This document shows, piece by piece, positions 19,062 through 30,995 of a stretch of 64,000 nt of DNA (positions within the stretch are counted from its first letter, which is position 1; every line of letters begins with the position of its first letter). The notes under the pieces were generated by a model, which was given only the letters and a program-made list of their open reading frames with translations, was not told where the DNA came from and ran no database searches. The stretch lies in the NCBI RefSeq assembly GCF_013315695.1, contig NZ_CP054353.1, one strand, 5' to 3'. Source of the DNA: Escherichia coli (GTDB lineage Bacteria; Pseudomonadota; Gammaproteobacteria; Enterobacterales; Enterobacteriaceae). The translations under genes were made by a program, and so were the position numbers.

Positions 19062-22000
19062 ATGATTGAATGGATTATTCGTCGCTCGGTGGCGAACCGT
19101 TTTCTGGTGCTGATGGGCGCGTTGTTTCTGAGTATCTGGGGCACCTGGACCATCATTAACACGCCAGTGGATGCACTGCCGGATCTCTCTGATGTACAGG
19201 TGATTATTAAAACCAGCTATCCCGGTCAGGCACCGCAAATCGTTGAAAATCAGGTGACTTATCCGCTAACCACCACCATGTTGTCGGTGCCTGGCGCGAA
19301 GACTGTGCGCGGTTTCTCGCAGTTTGGCGACTCTTATGTGTATGTCATTTTCGAAGATGGCACCGATCCGTACTGGGCGCGCTCGCGGGTGCTGGAGTAC
19401 CTCAACCAGGTACAGGGTAAGCTGCCTGCGGGAGTCAGCGCCGAGCTGGGGCCAGATGCCACGGGTGTTGGCTGGATCTATGAATATGCACTGGTGGATC
19501 GCAGCGGTAAGCACGATCTGGCCGATTTACGCTCATTGCAGGACTGGTTTCTCAAATATGAGCTAAAAACCATCCCTGACGTTGCGGAAGTGGCGTCGGT
19601 GGGCGGTGTGGTGAAAGAGTATCAGGTGGTTATCGATCCTCAGCGCCTGGCGCAGTATGGCATCAGTCTCGCCGAAGTAAAAAGCGCGCTGGATGCTTCA
19701 AACCAGGAAGCGGGCGGTTCGTCGATCGAACTGGCGGAAGCGGAATATATGGTGCGCGCCAGCGGCTATCTGCAAACGCTCGACGACTTTAATCACATCG
19801 TTTTAAAAGCCAGTGAAAATGGCGTGCCCGTTTATCTGCGTGATGTTGCGAAGGTCCAGGTTGGCCCGGAGATGCGCCGGGGCATTGCCGAACTGAACGG
19901 CGAAGGCGAAGTGGCGGGCGGGGTGGTGATCCTGCGTTCCGGCAAAAACGCCCGTGAAGTGATCGCTGCCGTGAAGGACAAACTGGAAACGCTGAAAAGC
20001 AGTCTGCCGGAAGGCGTGGAGATAGTTACAACATACGATCGCAGCCAGCTCATTGACCGCGCCATTGACAACCTCAGTGGCAAGTTGCTGGAAGAGTTTA
20101 TTGTGGTGGCGGTAGTCTGTGCGCTGTTTCTCTGGCATGTGCGCTCGGCGCTGGTGGCGATTATTTCGTTGCCGCTGGGGTTGTGTATTGCTTTTATTGT
20201 CATGCACTTTCAGGGACTGAACGCCAATATTATGTCGTTGGGTGGCATTGCGATTGCCGTCGGGGCGATGGTCGATGCCGCTATCGTCATGATCGAGAAT
20301 GCGCATAAACGGCTGGAAGAGTGGCAGCACCAGCATCCTGACGCCACGCTGGATAATAAAACGCGCTGGCAGGTGATCACCGATGCATCTGTTGAAGTGG
20401 GGCCGGCGCTGTTTATCAGTCTGCTGATTATCACGCTGTCGTTTATCCCGATCTTCACCCTGGAAGGGCAGGAAGGTCGTCTGTTTGGCCCGCTGGCGTT
20501 CACCAAAACCTATGCGATGGCGGGCGCGGCGCTACTGGCGATCGTAGTGATCCCGATCCTGATGGGCTACTGGATCCGTGGCAAAATTCCGCCGGAAAGC
20601 AGTAACCCGCTCAATCGCTTTTTGATTCGTGTTTATCATCCGCTGTTGCTGAAAGTACTGCACTGGCCGAAAACCACGCTGTTGGTGGCAGCGCTTTCGG
20701 TGCTGACGGTTCTCTGGCCGCTCAATAAAGTTGGCGGGGAATTTTTACCGCAGATCAATGAAGGGGACTTGTTGTATATGCCATCGACGCTGCCGGGGAT
20801 TTCCGCAGCAGAGGCGGCGAGCATGCTGCAAAAAACCGACAAGCTAATTATGAGCGTACCGGAAGTGGCGCAGGTATTTGGCAAAACCGGGAAAGCGGAA
20901 ACCGCCACCGATTCTGCTCCGCTGGAGATGGTAGAAACGACTATTAAGCTTAAGCCGCAGGATCAGTGGCGGCCTGGCATGACGATGGACAAAATCATTG
21001 AGGAACTGGATAACACCGTGCGTCTGCCGGGGCTGGCGAATCTGTGGGTGCCGCCAATTCGTAACCGTATCGATATGCTCTCAACCGGCATTAAAAGCCC
21101 TATCGGCATTAAAGTTTCCGGCACTGTGCTGGCGGATATCGACACGATGGCGGAGCAAATTGAAGAAGTGGCGCGAACGGTGCCAGGCGTGGCTTCTGCG
21201 CTTGCTGAGCGTCTGGAAGGTGGGCGCTATATCAACGTTGAGATTAACCGTGAAAAAGCCGCGCGTTACGGTATGACGGTGGCGGATGTGCAGTTGTTTG
21301 TGACTTCTGCGGTGGGCGGGGCGATGGTTGGCGAAACGGTGGAAGGGATTGCTCGTTATCCAATTAATCTGCGTTATCCGCAAAGCTGGCGCGATAGCCC
21401 GCAGGCACTGCGCCAGTTGCCGATCCTCACGCCGATGAAGCAGCAAATCACCCTGGCAGACGTGGCCGACGTTAAAGTCTCTACCGGACCGTCGATGCTG
21501 AAAACCGAGAATGCGCGCCCGACGAGCTGGATTTATATCGATGCCCGCGATCGTGACATGGTGTCGGTGGTTCACGATCTGCAAAAAGCGATAGCTGAAA
21601 AAGTGCAGTTAAAACCGGGCACCAGCGTGGCATTCTCCGGGCAGTTCGAGCTACTGGAGCGCGCCAACCATAAGCTGAAACTGATGGTGCCGATGACGCT
21701 GATGATCATCTTCGTGCTGTTGTATCTGGCGTTCCGTCGGGTGGGCGAAGCGTTGCTGATTATCAGCAGCGTACCGTTTGCGCTGGTGGGCGGCATCTGG
21801 TTGCTGTGGTGGATGGGCTTTCATCTTTCCGTGGCGACGGGCACCGGTTTTATTGCCCTTGCCGGGGTTGCCGCCGAATTTGGCGTGGTGATGCTGATGT
21901 ATTTACGTCACGCCATAGAGGCCGAGCCGTCGTTGAATAATCCGCAAACATTCAGCGAGCAGAAGCTGGATGAGGCGTTGTATCACGGCGCGGTCCTGCG

Positions 22001-22205
22001 CGTGCGCCCGAAAGCGATGACGGTGGCGGTGATTATCGCTGGTCTGCTGCCGATTCTGTGGGGAACGGGAGCAGGTTCAGAGGTGATGAGCCGGATTGCC
22101 GCGCCGATGATTGGCGGCATGATCACCGCGCCTTTGCTATCGCTGTTTATTATCCCGGCGGCGTATAAGCTGATGTGGCTGCACCGACATCGGGTACGGA
22201 AATAA
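19062..22205 (+). CDS. cusA: RND heavy-metal efflux pump CusA
   Basis: 1047-aa RND transporter, [23 protein letters not shown]... Confidence 0.95.
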   Translation: MIEWIIRRSVANRFLVLMGALFLSIWGTWTIINTPVDALPDLSDVQVIIKTSYPGQAPQIVENQVTYPLTTTMLSVPGAKTVRGFSQFGDSYVYVIFEDGTDPYWARSRVLEYLNQVQGKLPAGVSAELGPDATGVGWIYEYALVDRSGKHDLADLRSLQDWFLKYELKTIPDVAEVASVGGVVKEYQVVIDPQRLAQYGISLAEVKSALDASNQEAGGSSIELAEAEYMVRASGYLQTLDDFNHIVLKASENGVPVYLRDVAKVQVGPEMRRGIAELNGEGEVAGGVVILRSGKNAREVIAAVKDKLETLKSSLPEGVEIVTTYDRSQLIDRAIDNLSGKLLEEFIVVAVVCALFLWHVRSALVAIISLPLGLCIAFIVMHFQGLNANIMSLGGIAIAVGAMVDAAIVMIENAHKRLEEWQHQHPDATLDNKTRWQVITDASVEVGPALFISLLIITLSFIPIFTLEGQEGRLFGPLAFTKTYAMAGAALLAIVVIPILMGYWIRGKIPPESSNPLNRFLIRVYHPLLLKVLHWPKTTLLVAALSVLTVLWPLNKVGGEFLPQINEGDLLYMPSTLPGISAAEAASMLQKTDKLIMSVPEVAQVFGKTGKAETATDSAPLEMVETTIKLKPQDQWRPGMTMDKIIEELDNTVRLPGLANLWVPPIRNRIDMLSTGIKSPIGIKVSGTVLADIDTMAEQIEEVARTVPGVASALAERLEGGRYINVEINREKAARYGMTVADVQLFVTSAVGGAMVGETVEGIARYPINLRYPQSWRDSPQALRQLPILTPMKQQITLADVADVKVSTGPSMLKTENARPTSWIYIDARDRDMVSVVHDLQKAIAEKVQLKPGTSVAFSGQFELLERANHKLKLMVPMTLMIIFVLLYLAFRRVGEALLIISSVPFALVGGIWLLWWMGFHLSVATGTGFIALAGVAAEFGVVMLMYLRHAIEAEPSLNNPQTFSEQKLDEALYHGAVLRVRPKAMTVAVIIAGLLPILWGTGAGSEVMSRIAAPMIGGMITAPLLSLFIIPAAYKLMWLHRHRVRK

Positions 22206-22306
22206 AAGCAGGATACCCGGTTTAACCGTGTGGATTGTGTCTTGCGACGATGGGCACTAAATGTTAAAAGGTGCCCCTCAACAAAAAAGACACACAGGGG
22301 AAAGGC

Positions 22307-23683
22307 GTGAAAAACGCGTCAACCGTATCGGAAGATACTGCGTCGAATCAAGAGCCGACGCTTCATCGCGGATTACATAACCGTCATATTCAACTGATTG
22401 CGCTGGGTGGCGCAATTGGTACTGGTCTGTTTCTTGGCATTGGCCCGGCGATTCAGATGGCGGGTCCGGCTGTATTGCTGGGCTACGGCGTCGCCGGGAT
22501 CATCGCTTTCCTGATTATGCGCCAGCTTGGCGAAATGGTGGTTGAGGAGCCGGTATCCGGTTCATTTGCCCACTTTGCCTATAAATACTGGGGACCGTTT
22601 GCGGGCTTCCTCTCTGGCTGGAACTACTGGGTAATGTTCGTGCTGGTGGGAATGGCAGAGCTGACCGCTGCGGGCATCTATATGCAGTACTGGTTCCCGG
22701 ATGTTCCAACGTGGATTTGGGCTGCCGCCTTCTTTATTATCATCAACGCCGTTAACCTGGTGAACGTGCGCTTATATGGCGAAACCGAGTTCTGGTTTGC
22801 GCTGATTAAAGTGCTGGCGATCATCGGTATGATCGGCTTTGGCCTGTGGCTGCTGTTTTCTGGGCACGGCGGCGAGAAAGCCAGTATCGATAACCTCTGG
22901 CGCTATGGCGGTTTCTTTGCCACCGGCTGGAATGGGCTGATTTTGTCGCTGGCGGTGATTATGTTCTCCTTCGGCGGGCTGGAGCTGATTGGGATTACTG
23001 CCGCTGAAGCGCGCGCTCCGGAAAAAAGCATCCCGAAAGCAGTGAATCAGGTGGTGTATCGCATCCTGCTGTTTTATATCGGTTCACTGGTGGTTTTACT
23101 GGCACTCTATCCGTGGGTGGAAGTGAAATCCAACAGTAGCCCGTTTGTGATGATTTTCCATAATCTCGACAGCAACGTGGTAGCTTCTGCGCTGAACTTC
23201 GTCATTCTGGTAGCATCATTATCGGTGTATAACAGCGGGGTTTACTCTAACAGCCGCATGCTGTTTGGCCTTTCTGTGCAGGGTAATGCGCCGAAGTTTT
23301 TGACTCGCGTCAGCCGTCGCGGTGTGCCGATTAACTCGCTGATGCTTTCCGGAGCGATCACTTCGCTGGTGGTGTTAATCAACTATCTGCTGCCGCAAAA
23401 AGCGTTTGGTCTGCTGATGGCGCTGGTGGTAGCAACGCTGCTGTTGAACTGGATTATGATCTGCCTGGCGCATCTTCGTTTTCGTGCTGCGATGCGACGT
23501 CAGGGACGTGAAACACAGTTTAAGGCGCTGCTTTATCCGTTCGGCAACTATCTCTGCATTGCCTTCCTCGGCATGATTTTGCTGCTGATGTGCACGATGG
23601 ATGATATGCGCTTGTCAGCGATTCTGCTGCCGGTGTGGATTGTATTCCTGTTTGTAGCATTTAAAACGCTGCGTCGGAAATAA
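22307..23683 (+). CDS. pheP: Phenylalanine-specific permease PheP
   Basis: APC-family permease. Recognisable N-terminus MKNASTVSEDTASNQEP begins at the GTG at 22307 (458 aa); the ORF track starts 12 codons upstream. Confidence 0.9.
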   Translation: MKNASTVSEDTASNQEPTLHRGLHNRHIQLIALGGAIGTGLFLGIGPAIQMAGPAVLLGYGVAGIIAFLIMRQLGEMVVEEPVSGSFAHFAYKYWGPFAGFLSGWNYWVMFVLVGMAELTAAGIYMQYWFPDVPTWIWAAAFFIIINAVNLVNVRLYGETEFWFALIKVLAIIGMIGFGLWLLFSGHGGEKASIDNLWRYGGFFATGWNGLILSLAVIMFSFGGLELIGITAAEARAPEKSIPKAVNQVVYRILLFYIGSLVVLLALYPWVEVKSNSSPFVMIFHNLDSNVVASALNFVILVASLSVYNSGVYSNSRMLFGLSVQGNAPKFLTRVSRRGVPINSLMLSGAITSLVVLINYLLPQKAFGLLMALVVATLLLNWIMICLAHLRFRAAMRRQGRETQFKALLYPFGNYLCIAFLGMILLLMCTMDDMRLSAILLPVWIVFLFVAFKTLRRK

Positions 23684-23714
23684 GGCATTCACGCTACATC
23701 CGACAAAACGATGT

Positions 23715-23748
23715 CCGCTCTCATCCATTCGATGAGAGCGGTTTTTTT
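23715..23748 (+). terminator. Rho-independent terminator after pheP (bidirectional with ybdG)
   Basis: CCGCTCTCATC-cattc-GATGAGAGCGG followed by TTTTTTT. Confidence 0.65.
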
Positions 23749-23750
23749 AA

Positions 23751-25046
<1,296 letters not shown>

Positions 25047-25105
25047 TTATGCAAATCAGGAGAATCTGAGGGGAAATAGCCGGGCAGATGCCCGGCAAGA
25101 GAGAA

Positions 25106-25759
25106 TTACACTTCGGTTAAGGTGATGTTTTGCGGCAGACGAGATTTCGGCAGCGTAGCGTTAAAATCTTCAACGCTGTGATGTCCCACCGGAACAACCA
25201 CCAGACTGGTGTAGCCTTTCTCTTTCAGACCAAATTCTGCATCGAGGATTGCGGCGTCAAAACCTTCGATGGGTACCGCGTCCAGACCCAGCGCTGCAAC
25301 GCCGAGCAGGAAGTTACCGACGTTGAGATAAACCTGTTTTGCCATCCACTCTGCATCATCATGCAAATCTTTACGGTGCATATCGGCGAAGAACTTGCGA
25401 CCTTTATCGTTCGCGGCTTTCGCTTCCGGCGTGGCAAAGCGGCCATCGGCATCTTCCTGGTCAACAACCAGCTTCAGCCAGGCATCGTCCATCGCGGTTT
25501 TTGCACAGAACACCACAACGTGCGAGGCATCGAGCATTTTACGCTCGTTGAACACGTAATTACCGGCAGCGGATTTGGCAACACGCGCTTTACCTTCTTC
25601 CGTGCTGGCAACAATAAAATGCCACGGCTGGGAGTTGGTGCTGGATGGGCTGTATTGCAGTAGCGTTTTGATCTGCTCGGCCTGTTCCGGGGTAAGTTTT
25701 TTGCTGGCATCAAATGCCTTAGTGGAATGACGCTTTAAGGCGACAGAAATGATATCCAT
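25106..25759 (-). CDS. nfsB: Oxygen-insensitive NAD(P)H nitroreductase NfsB
   Basis: 217 aa from [23 protein letters not shown]... Confidence 0.95.
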   Translation of the reverse strand: MDIISVALKRHSTKAFDASKKLTPEQAEQIKTLLQYSPSSTNSQPWHFIVASTEEGKARVAKSAAGNYVFNERKMLDASHVVVFCAKTAMDDAWLKLVVDQEDADGRFATPEAKAANDKGRKFFADMHRKDLHDDAEWMAKQVYLNVGNFLLGVAALGLDAVPIEGFDAAILDAEFGLKEKGYTSLVVVPVGHHSVEDFNATLPKSRLPQNITLTEV

Positions 25760-25852
25760 AAAGACTCCATGTGAAAGTAATTTTGCGTGCCAGCAGATTA
25801 CAAGGTTCAACGAGAAATGGTAAGCGAGAAAAATGCGCTATAGATTTCCGCT

Positions 25853-26221
25853 TTAGCCTGGACGCACTCTTTTTTGATCGCGTTTAGCCAGACCATCAAC
25901 CACCAGATTCCACGAATCGTTGATCAGATCGCTAAGTAACGCTTCGGAGATTTCCTCGCCGGGATACACTGAAATCCAGTGCTTTTTATTCATGTGATAT
26001 CCTGGCTTGATGCTTGGGTATATTTGCTGATTTAGCAGGGATTTTTGTGGATCGGACTTCAGATTGATAAAGGGGACGCCGCGCAGCTCCGACGACAGCA
26101 TAAAAATCTTGCCGCCAATTTTAAAAACATCGAACTCCGGGCCAAAAGGCCAGCAAAGCTCGACAAAGGGTAACTCAAGAGCCAGGCGTTTCGCCGTTTC
26201 GTGCAGTGATTGCTTATCCAT
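25853..26221 (-). CDS. ybdF: YbdF (DUF419/MmcQ-YjbR-like protein)
   Basis: 122 aa from the internal ATG ([21 protein letters not shown]...). Confidence 0.8.
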   Translation of the reverse strand: MDKQSLHETAKRLALELPFVELCWPFGPEFDVFKIGGKIFMLSSELRGVPFINLKSDPQKSLLNQQIYPSIKPGYHMNKKHWISVYPGEEISEALLSDLINDSWNLVVDGLAKRDQKRVRPG

Positions 26222-26285
26222 AAACGTTCCTTTAGGCGAAGGAGAATAAGCAAAGTATGCTGCGAAGTTCGGCGATAATCGACGT

Positions 26286-26534
26286 TTAATCCGCCAGCGA
26301 GAACCAGCGTCGCCAGATAAAGCGTAGAACAAAATACTCAATAGCGCCCAGCACTAAAAACCACAGACAAAACAATAAAGTGTAAAGCTGGCTAAGATCC
26401 ATCAGATGGAACGTGGTCACCAGTTTTTGTGCCAGCGTCAGCCCCAATGCGGGGGCGGGAAGCAGCAGGCAAGAGAGGAAAGCCATCAGCAAAATGCCTG
26501 CTGCGGTGGTCAAGGTTTCTAAAGGGTGTTTCAT
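26286..26534 (-). CDS. ybdJ: YbdJ small inner-membrane protein
   Basis: 82-aa hydrophobic [24 protein letters not shown]... Confidence 0.8.
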   Translation of the reverse strand: MKHPLETLTTAAGILLMAFLSCLLLPAPALGLTLAQKLVTTFHLMDLSQLYTLLFCLWFLVLGAIEYFVLRFIWRRWFSLAD

Positions 26535-26599
26535 AACATTGTTAAATGTAAGTTAAAACACCATTGTCAGGGATATTCTTCTGTAAGGCAATTCCCGGC

Positions 26600-27727
<1,128 letters not shown>

Positions 27728-27968
27728 TTATGTTGGCGTTTTCTATTCAGTATAGAAGTGGGAGCGACTGGGCGAGATGCGGAAGTTCTGGAATATTTCT
27801 TTTTTTTGGATGGTGACTGAAGCAAATTGGCTACATTTTGCAATGTGACCAGTTGCGTCATAGCTGGCTGGTGGCGAAGAATTTTGACGATTGCGGCATG
27901 CAGAAAAAAACGGGTTCAGCTTCAGTTGATCAAATGGGGAGTGAGAAGTCCGAAACAGGATTTACTGT

Positions 27969-27976
27969 ATAAATAA
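27969..27976. repeat. Target-site duplication (left copy) ATAAATAA
   Basis: 8-bp direct repeat immediately outside the left terminal inverted repeat; identical copy at 29862-29869. Confidence 0.65.
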
Positions 27977-28004
27977 GGGTCTTCCCCGATCATGGTGGGA
28001 AGAC

Positions 28005-29225
28005 TCAGTACGCCATATTCAGTTTCCCATAGTGGAACATAACTCCCAGTTTAAAGCGTTCCCGGTTTCGGTATCCCCTGGCCTTTATCCTCAGCAGTCT
28101 GATCTTGCTGTTCAGCGCCTCCGCATTTCCATTCGAGACGCGATGACGCATTGCATTCAGTATTCCGTATAACCGTTTTTTAATGGTTTTCGCTGCGTTT
28201 TTCATCATCGGCACATCACATTCAGACGCCAGCGATATCCACTGCAACCAGTCATTCCTGCGTTCTGTGCTCCAGGGGCGATCCCAGATATTTTTTGCCA
28301 GCTCTTTCAGTGTCCAGCACTGGCTTGTCTGTTGCATCTGTTCCCGCAACCACATCAGCTTTTCCTGCCGGGACTCAGTCATCCATTTGTCGCTGTACTG
28401 CCACAGGAAGCGGGTACCTTTGGCCTGACGACGACTTTCAACAGGGAGGTGCGGATGTTCATTCTGGCGGGTTTTATCAACCACTTCGCCCAGTTGCTTC
28501 GCCACATGGAAGCGATCGAAGGCGATTTTCTCGACCGCATTGGGTAAATGGATACGCGCTGCTCTTATATAGCCCGCATTCATGTCCATCGACAGTGTTT
28601 TGATGGCCAACAACTGACTGTCAGTAAGCGAACGGAGATAGCTGGCAAGACTCTCTGTGCCACGATCATCGGTTAATGCCAGTGCCCGCCCGTCGCGATC
28701 AGATACCACGGTTATATACCTATGCCCTTTTTTAAAGGCGACTTCGTCTACATTCATATGACGCACTGATAAAGGCTTTTTAATCCGCGACAGGCCTCGC
28801 TTAACCGCGCGGGTCATGATGCCGTCAACGGCATTCCAGCTAAGTTTAAGTTGTTTTCTGACCGCATCAACGGTGCTGATTTTAAGCCATGAGAGCACGA
28901 ACGATTCGAACAGCAGAGTGTACCGACTGCCGGAACCTGCCCACGGTACAGGCAGAGTCTGGCAGCCATGCTCCGGGCACATAACGCGGGGAACATCGGC
29001 TTCTACTAATGTCATGAACTGGCAGGTATCAAGGTGGCGCCATTTACGATGTCGGTGATCGTGAACAGAACAGGATTTCCTGCAGGTCGGACAGGTTAAC
29101 TGAGTATTTTCAGCAATTCCGACTGTAACAGTAACGGAACCTGCATTTTCATCGAGGGTAAGGGATTTAACCTGCCATGGTGCAGTCAGGTTAAGGATAT
29201 GGGCATAGAGGGATTTTTCGTCCAT
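28005..29225 (-). CDS. ISL3-family transposase
   Basis: 406 aa. N-terminal Cys/His-rich zinc-finger-like region (CPTCRKSCSVHDHRHRKWRHLD...CPEHGC) followed by a DDE-type core, typical of IS204/IS1001/IS1096/IS1165 transposases. Confidence 0.85.
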   Translation of the reverse strand: MDEKSLYAHILNLTAPWQVKSLTLDENAGSVTVTVGIAENTQLTCPTCRKSCSVHDHRHRKWRHLDTCQFMTLVEADVPRVMCPEHGCQTLPVPWAGSGSRYTLLFESFVLSWLKISTVDAVRKQLKLSWNAVDGIMTRAVKRGLSRIKKPLSVRHMNVDEVAFKKGHRYITVVSDRDGRALALTDDRGTESLASYLRSLTDSQLLAIKTLSMDMNAGYIRAARIHLPNAVEKIAFDRFHVAKQLGEVVDKTRQNEHPHLPVESRRQAKGTRFLWQYSDKWMTESRQEKLMWLREQMQQTSQCWTLKELAKNIWDRPWSTERRNDWLQWISLASECDVPMMKNAAKTIKKRLYGILNAMRHRVSNGNAEALNSKIRLLRIKARGYRNRERFKLGVMFHYGKLNMAY

Positions 29226-29243
29226 ATAATTTCATTCTGAAGC

Positions 29244-29762
29244 TTACTTTAAACTGATATTATTATTTTTTGCCCACTTTCTTAATCTTCCATTAGCGTT
29301 GGCGTAAGGCGAAGATGTGTTAAATGAGATCATTCTCCCCATCGTCCATTTTGTGTACCATGGTCTTCCATACAAAATATCATCGGTACGATCATTAATA
29401 AGGTTCACAATCTCATTTTTTACAGTCTGAAGTTCAGCTACTAACAACTCATAACTTAACTCACTGTAATCTGAGTAAAATTTTTGAGCAAGAAGGCCAA
29501 GCTGATTCCATTTATAGCCAGTTTCCGGAAAATCGACAGGCAGACCTTTAGCATCAGAAGCGATCCACTTTACAACAAGAGCATTCCATCCAAGCAGATA
29601 CGAAACGAGATCACGAACACTCATCTCCGTTCCTTTGGCGTGTCCGTCCATTGATTTATCTGAAGTAATTTCTGGTGGGATTGTGTTGAGGTAACTAATT
29701 AATTTACTAAAATTTTTATCAATAGCTAAAAGCAGTTCAGCTTTTGTTTGCGGCACACTCAT
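29244..29762 (-). CDS. ClbS-like / DUF1706 family protein (passenger gene inside the IS)
   Basis: 172-aa ORF with features recalled for the colibactin self-resistance protein ClbS family (GHAKGT, VSYLLGW, YGRPWYTKWTMGRMISFNTSSPY...NISLK C-terminus). Located between the transposase 5' end and the right IR. Confidence 0.6.
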   Translation of the reverse strand: MSVPQTKAELLLAIDKNFSKLISYLNTIPPEITSDKSMDGHAKGTEMSVRDLVSYLLGWNALVVKWIASDAKGLPVDFPETGYKWNQLGLLAQKFYSDYSELSYELLVAELQTVKNEIVNLINDRTDDILYGRPWYTKWTMGRMISFNTSSPYANANGRLRKWAKNNNISLK

Positions 29763-29861
29763 AAGAATTCCCTCTCATGTAAAAAGAGACACCATAAAGG
29801 TACTGTGTGGTGTTTGAAAATCACTCAATTATGTACCACCCACCACAACAGGGGAAGACCC

Positions 29862-29869
29862 ATAAATAA
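29862..29869. repeat. Target-site duplication (right copy) ATAAATAA
   Basis: Identical to 27969-27976, immediately outside the right IR. Confidence 0.65.
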
Positions 29870-29884
29870 ACAGTTATTTTGTTG

Positions 29885-29950
29885 AGGAAGGGTAAGATAA
29901 CTGCGGGTGCCTGAAGCTTTCCGGTTTCAGGTTTACTTTGAGGTCTGGAA
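29885..29950 (-). ncRNA. sokE: Putative sokE antisense RNA of the hokE type I toxin-antitoxin locus (position approximate)
   Basis: Inferred from hok/sok locus architecture (antisense to the mok start/hok leader). Boundaries not determined from sequence. Confidence 0.25.
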
Positions 29951-30204
29951 AGATGAAGCCCCAGGAGATATTTCTATCAACCCTGGGGCTGCCACTCCAA
30001 ACCCGAACAATTTGGATGGTAGTCCCTTCTTCGCATGGAGGCAATATAAACATGCTGACGAAATATGCCCTTGTGGCAGTCATAGTGCTGTGTTTAACGG
30101 TGCTGGGATTTACGCTTCTGGTCGGAGACTCGCTGTGTGAGTTTACGGTGAAGGAACGTAATATTGAGTTTAAGGCTGTTCTCGCTTACGAACCGAAGAA
30201 GTAG
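29938..30204 (+). CDS. mokE: mokE, overlapping reading frame that mediates hokE translation
   Basis: 88-codon frame that runs through and ends with hokE, as in hok/mok loci. True start uncertain. Confidence 0.4.
   Translation: MRSGKMKPQEIFLSTLGLPLQTRTIWMVVPSSHGGNINMLTKYALVAVIVLCLTVLGFTLLVGDSLCEFTVKERNIEFKAVLAYEPKK
30052..30204 (+). CDS. hokE: HokE type I toxin (Hok/Gef family)
   Basis: 50 aa, [50 protein letters not shown]. Followed by hairpin TGCGGGGAGTAATCCCCGCA (30207-30227). Confidence 0.85.
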   Translation: MLTKYALVAVIVLCLTVLGFTLLVGDSLCEFTVKERNIEFKAVLAYEPKK

Positions 30205-30325
30205 CCGCTGTGCGGGGAGTAATCCCCGCATATCCGGTTGTCAGGTCAGGATGGTAAGGCACCTGCTTTACACTTTCGCCCGCGGTCAGCAATGGCTGCG
30301 GGCGAATCGTACCAGATGTTGTCAA

Positions 30326-30946
30326 TTAATCGTGTTGGCACAGCGTTATGACTATTTTTTCTTTTATCTGCCAGTGCACAGCAAACTGCTCATCCTCTAG
30401 TCGAATGATGATCTGCTGTTTATTCCAGCTAATTATCTGATAATCCAGAAAACCTTGAGCGGCCTGTATCTTGCTTGCCTTAAATGCGCTCTCTTTGGCG
30501 GAAAATGCCAGTGTCAGCGCCAGAGAAAAGGTTAAACCGCATTCTGCGAGTCGCTCGTGTTCTGCTGGTGTAATAATGTTGTCTGTCAATTCTCTAGCGG
30601 TTTGTACAGAGAAAATCTCTTCGATATCAATGCCAATCGGTTGACGAGATACCACGGCTAATGCCGTAGTCCCATAGTGACTAATGCTGCCGTATACCCC
30701 CGCAGGCCACACAGGTTGGCGTAGCTCGCCGATTGCGGGCACACATTTATAGCCATATTCCCGCAGCGCATAAACTGCAGCGATCCGTCCGGCTAAATGC
30801 TCTGTTTTACGTTTACGTCCAGCGTGTTGCAGTTGCGCGTAGTGCGGCAGCCAGAGTAAATCCTGCTCGCGAAAACTCGCAGGATCGAACTCAACAAAAT
30901 GCAGCGTATGTCCGGTAAAGGGGAGGGCGGTATGCGTAGTTTTCAT
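30326..30946 (-). CDS. entD: Enterobactin synthase phosphopantetheinyl transferase EntD
   Basis: 206 aa, MKTTHTALPFTGHTLHFVEFDPASF... Confidence 0.9.
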   Translation of the reverse strand: MKTTHTALPFTGHTLHFVEFDPASFREQDLLWLPHYAQLQHAGRKRKTEHLAGRIAAVYALREYGYKCVPAIGELRQPVWPAGVYGSISHYGTTALAVVSRQPIGIDIEEIFSVQTARELTDNIITPAEHERLAECGLTFSLALTLAFSAKESAFKASKIQAAQGFLDYQIISWNKQQIIIRLEDEQFAVHWQIKEKIVITLCQHD

Positions 30947-30995
30947 GTCAACTATATTATTCCTCCCCCAAATATCGGGGGAGGAAGCGTTAGCA

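Larger units (their letters stand above)
27977..29861. mobile_element. ISL3-family insertion sequence (1,885 bp) carrying a passenger gene
   Basis: Termini GGGTCTTCCCC (27977-27987) and GGGGAAGACCC (29851-29861) are perfect reverse complements, with imperfect extension to about 23 bp. Flanked by an 8-bp direct repeat. Contains a 406-aa transposase ORF plus a 172-aa ORF. Confidence 0.75.

Noticed and set aside
27977-28006. Hairpin GTCTTCCC-N10-GGGAAGAC first read as a terminator after the transposase gene
   Set aside because: It coincides with the left terminal inverted repeat of the IS; the palindromic character is part of the IR, not a dedicated terminator.
29874-30083. 69-aa minus-strand ORF overlapping mokE/hokE
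   Set aside because: The position matches where the sokE antisense RNA and its promoter are expected in hok loci. No evidence it is translated.
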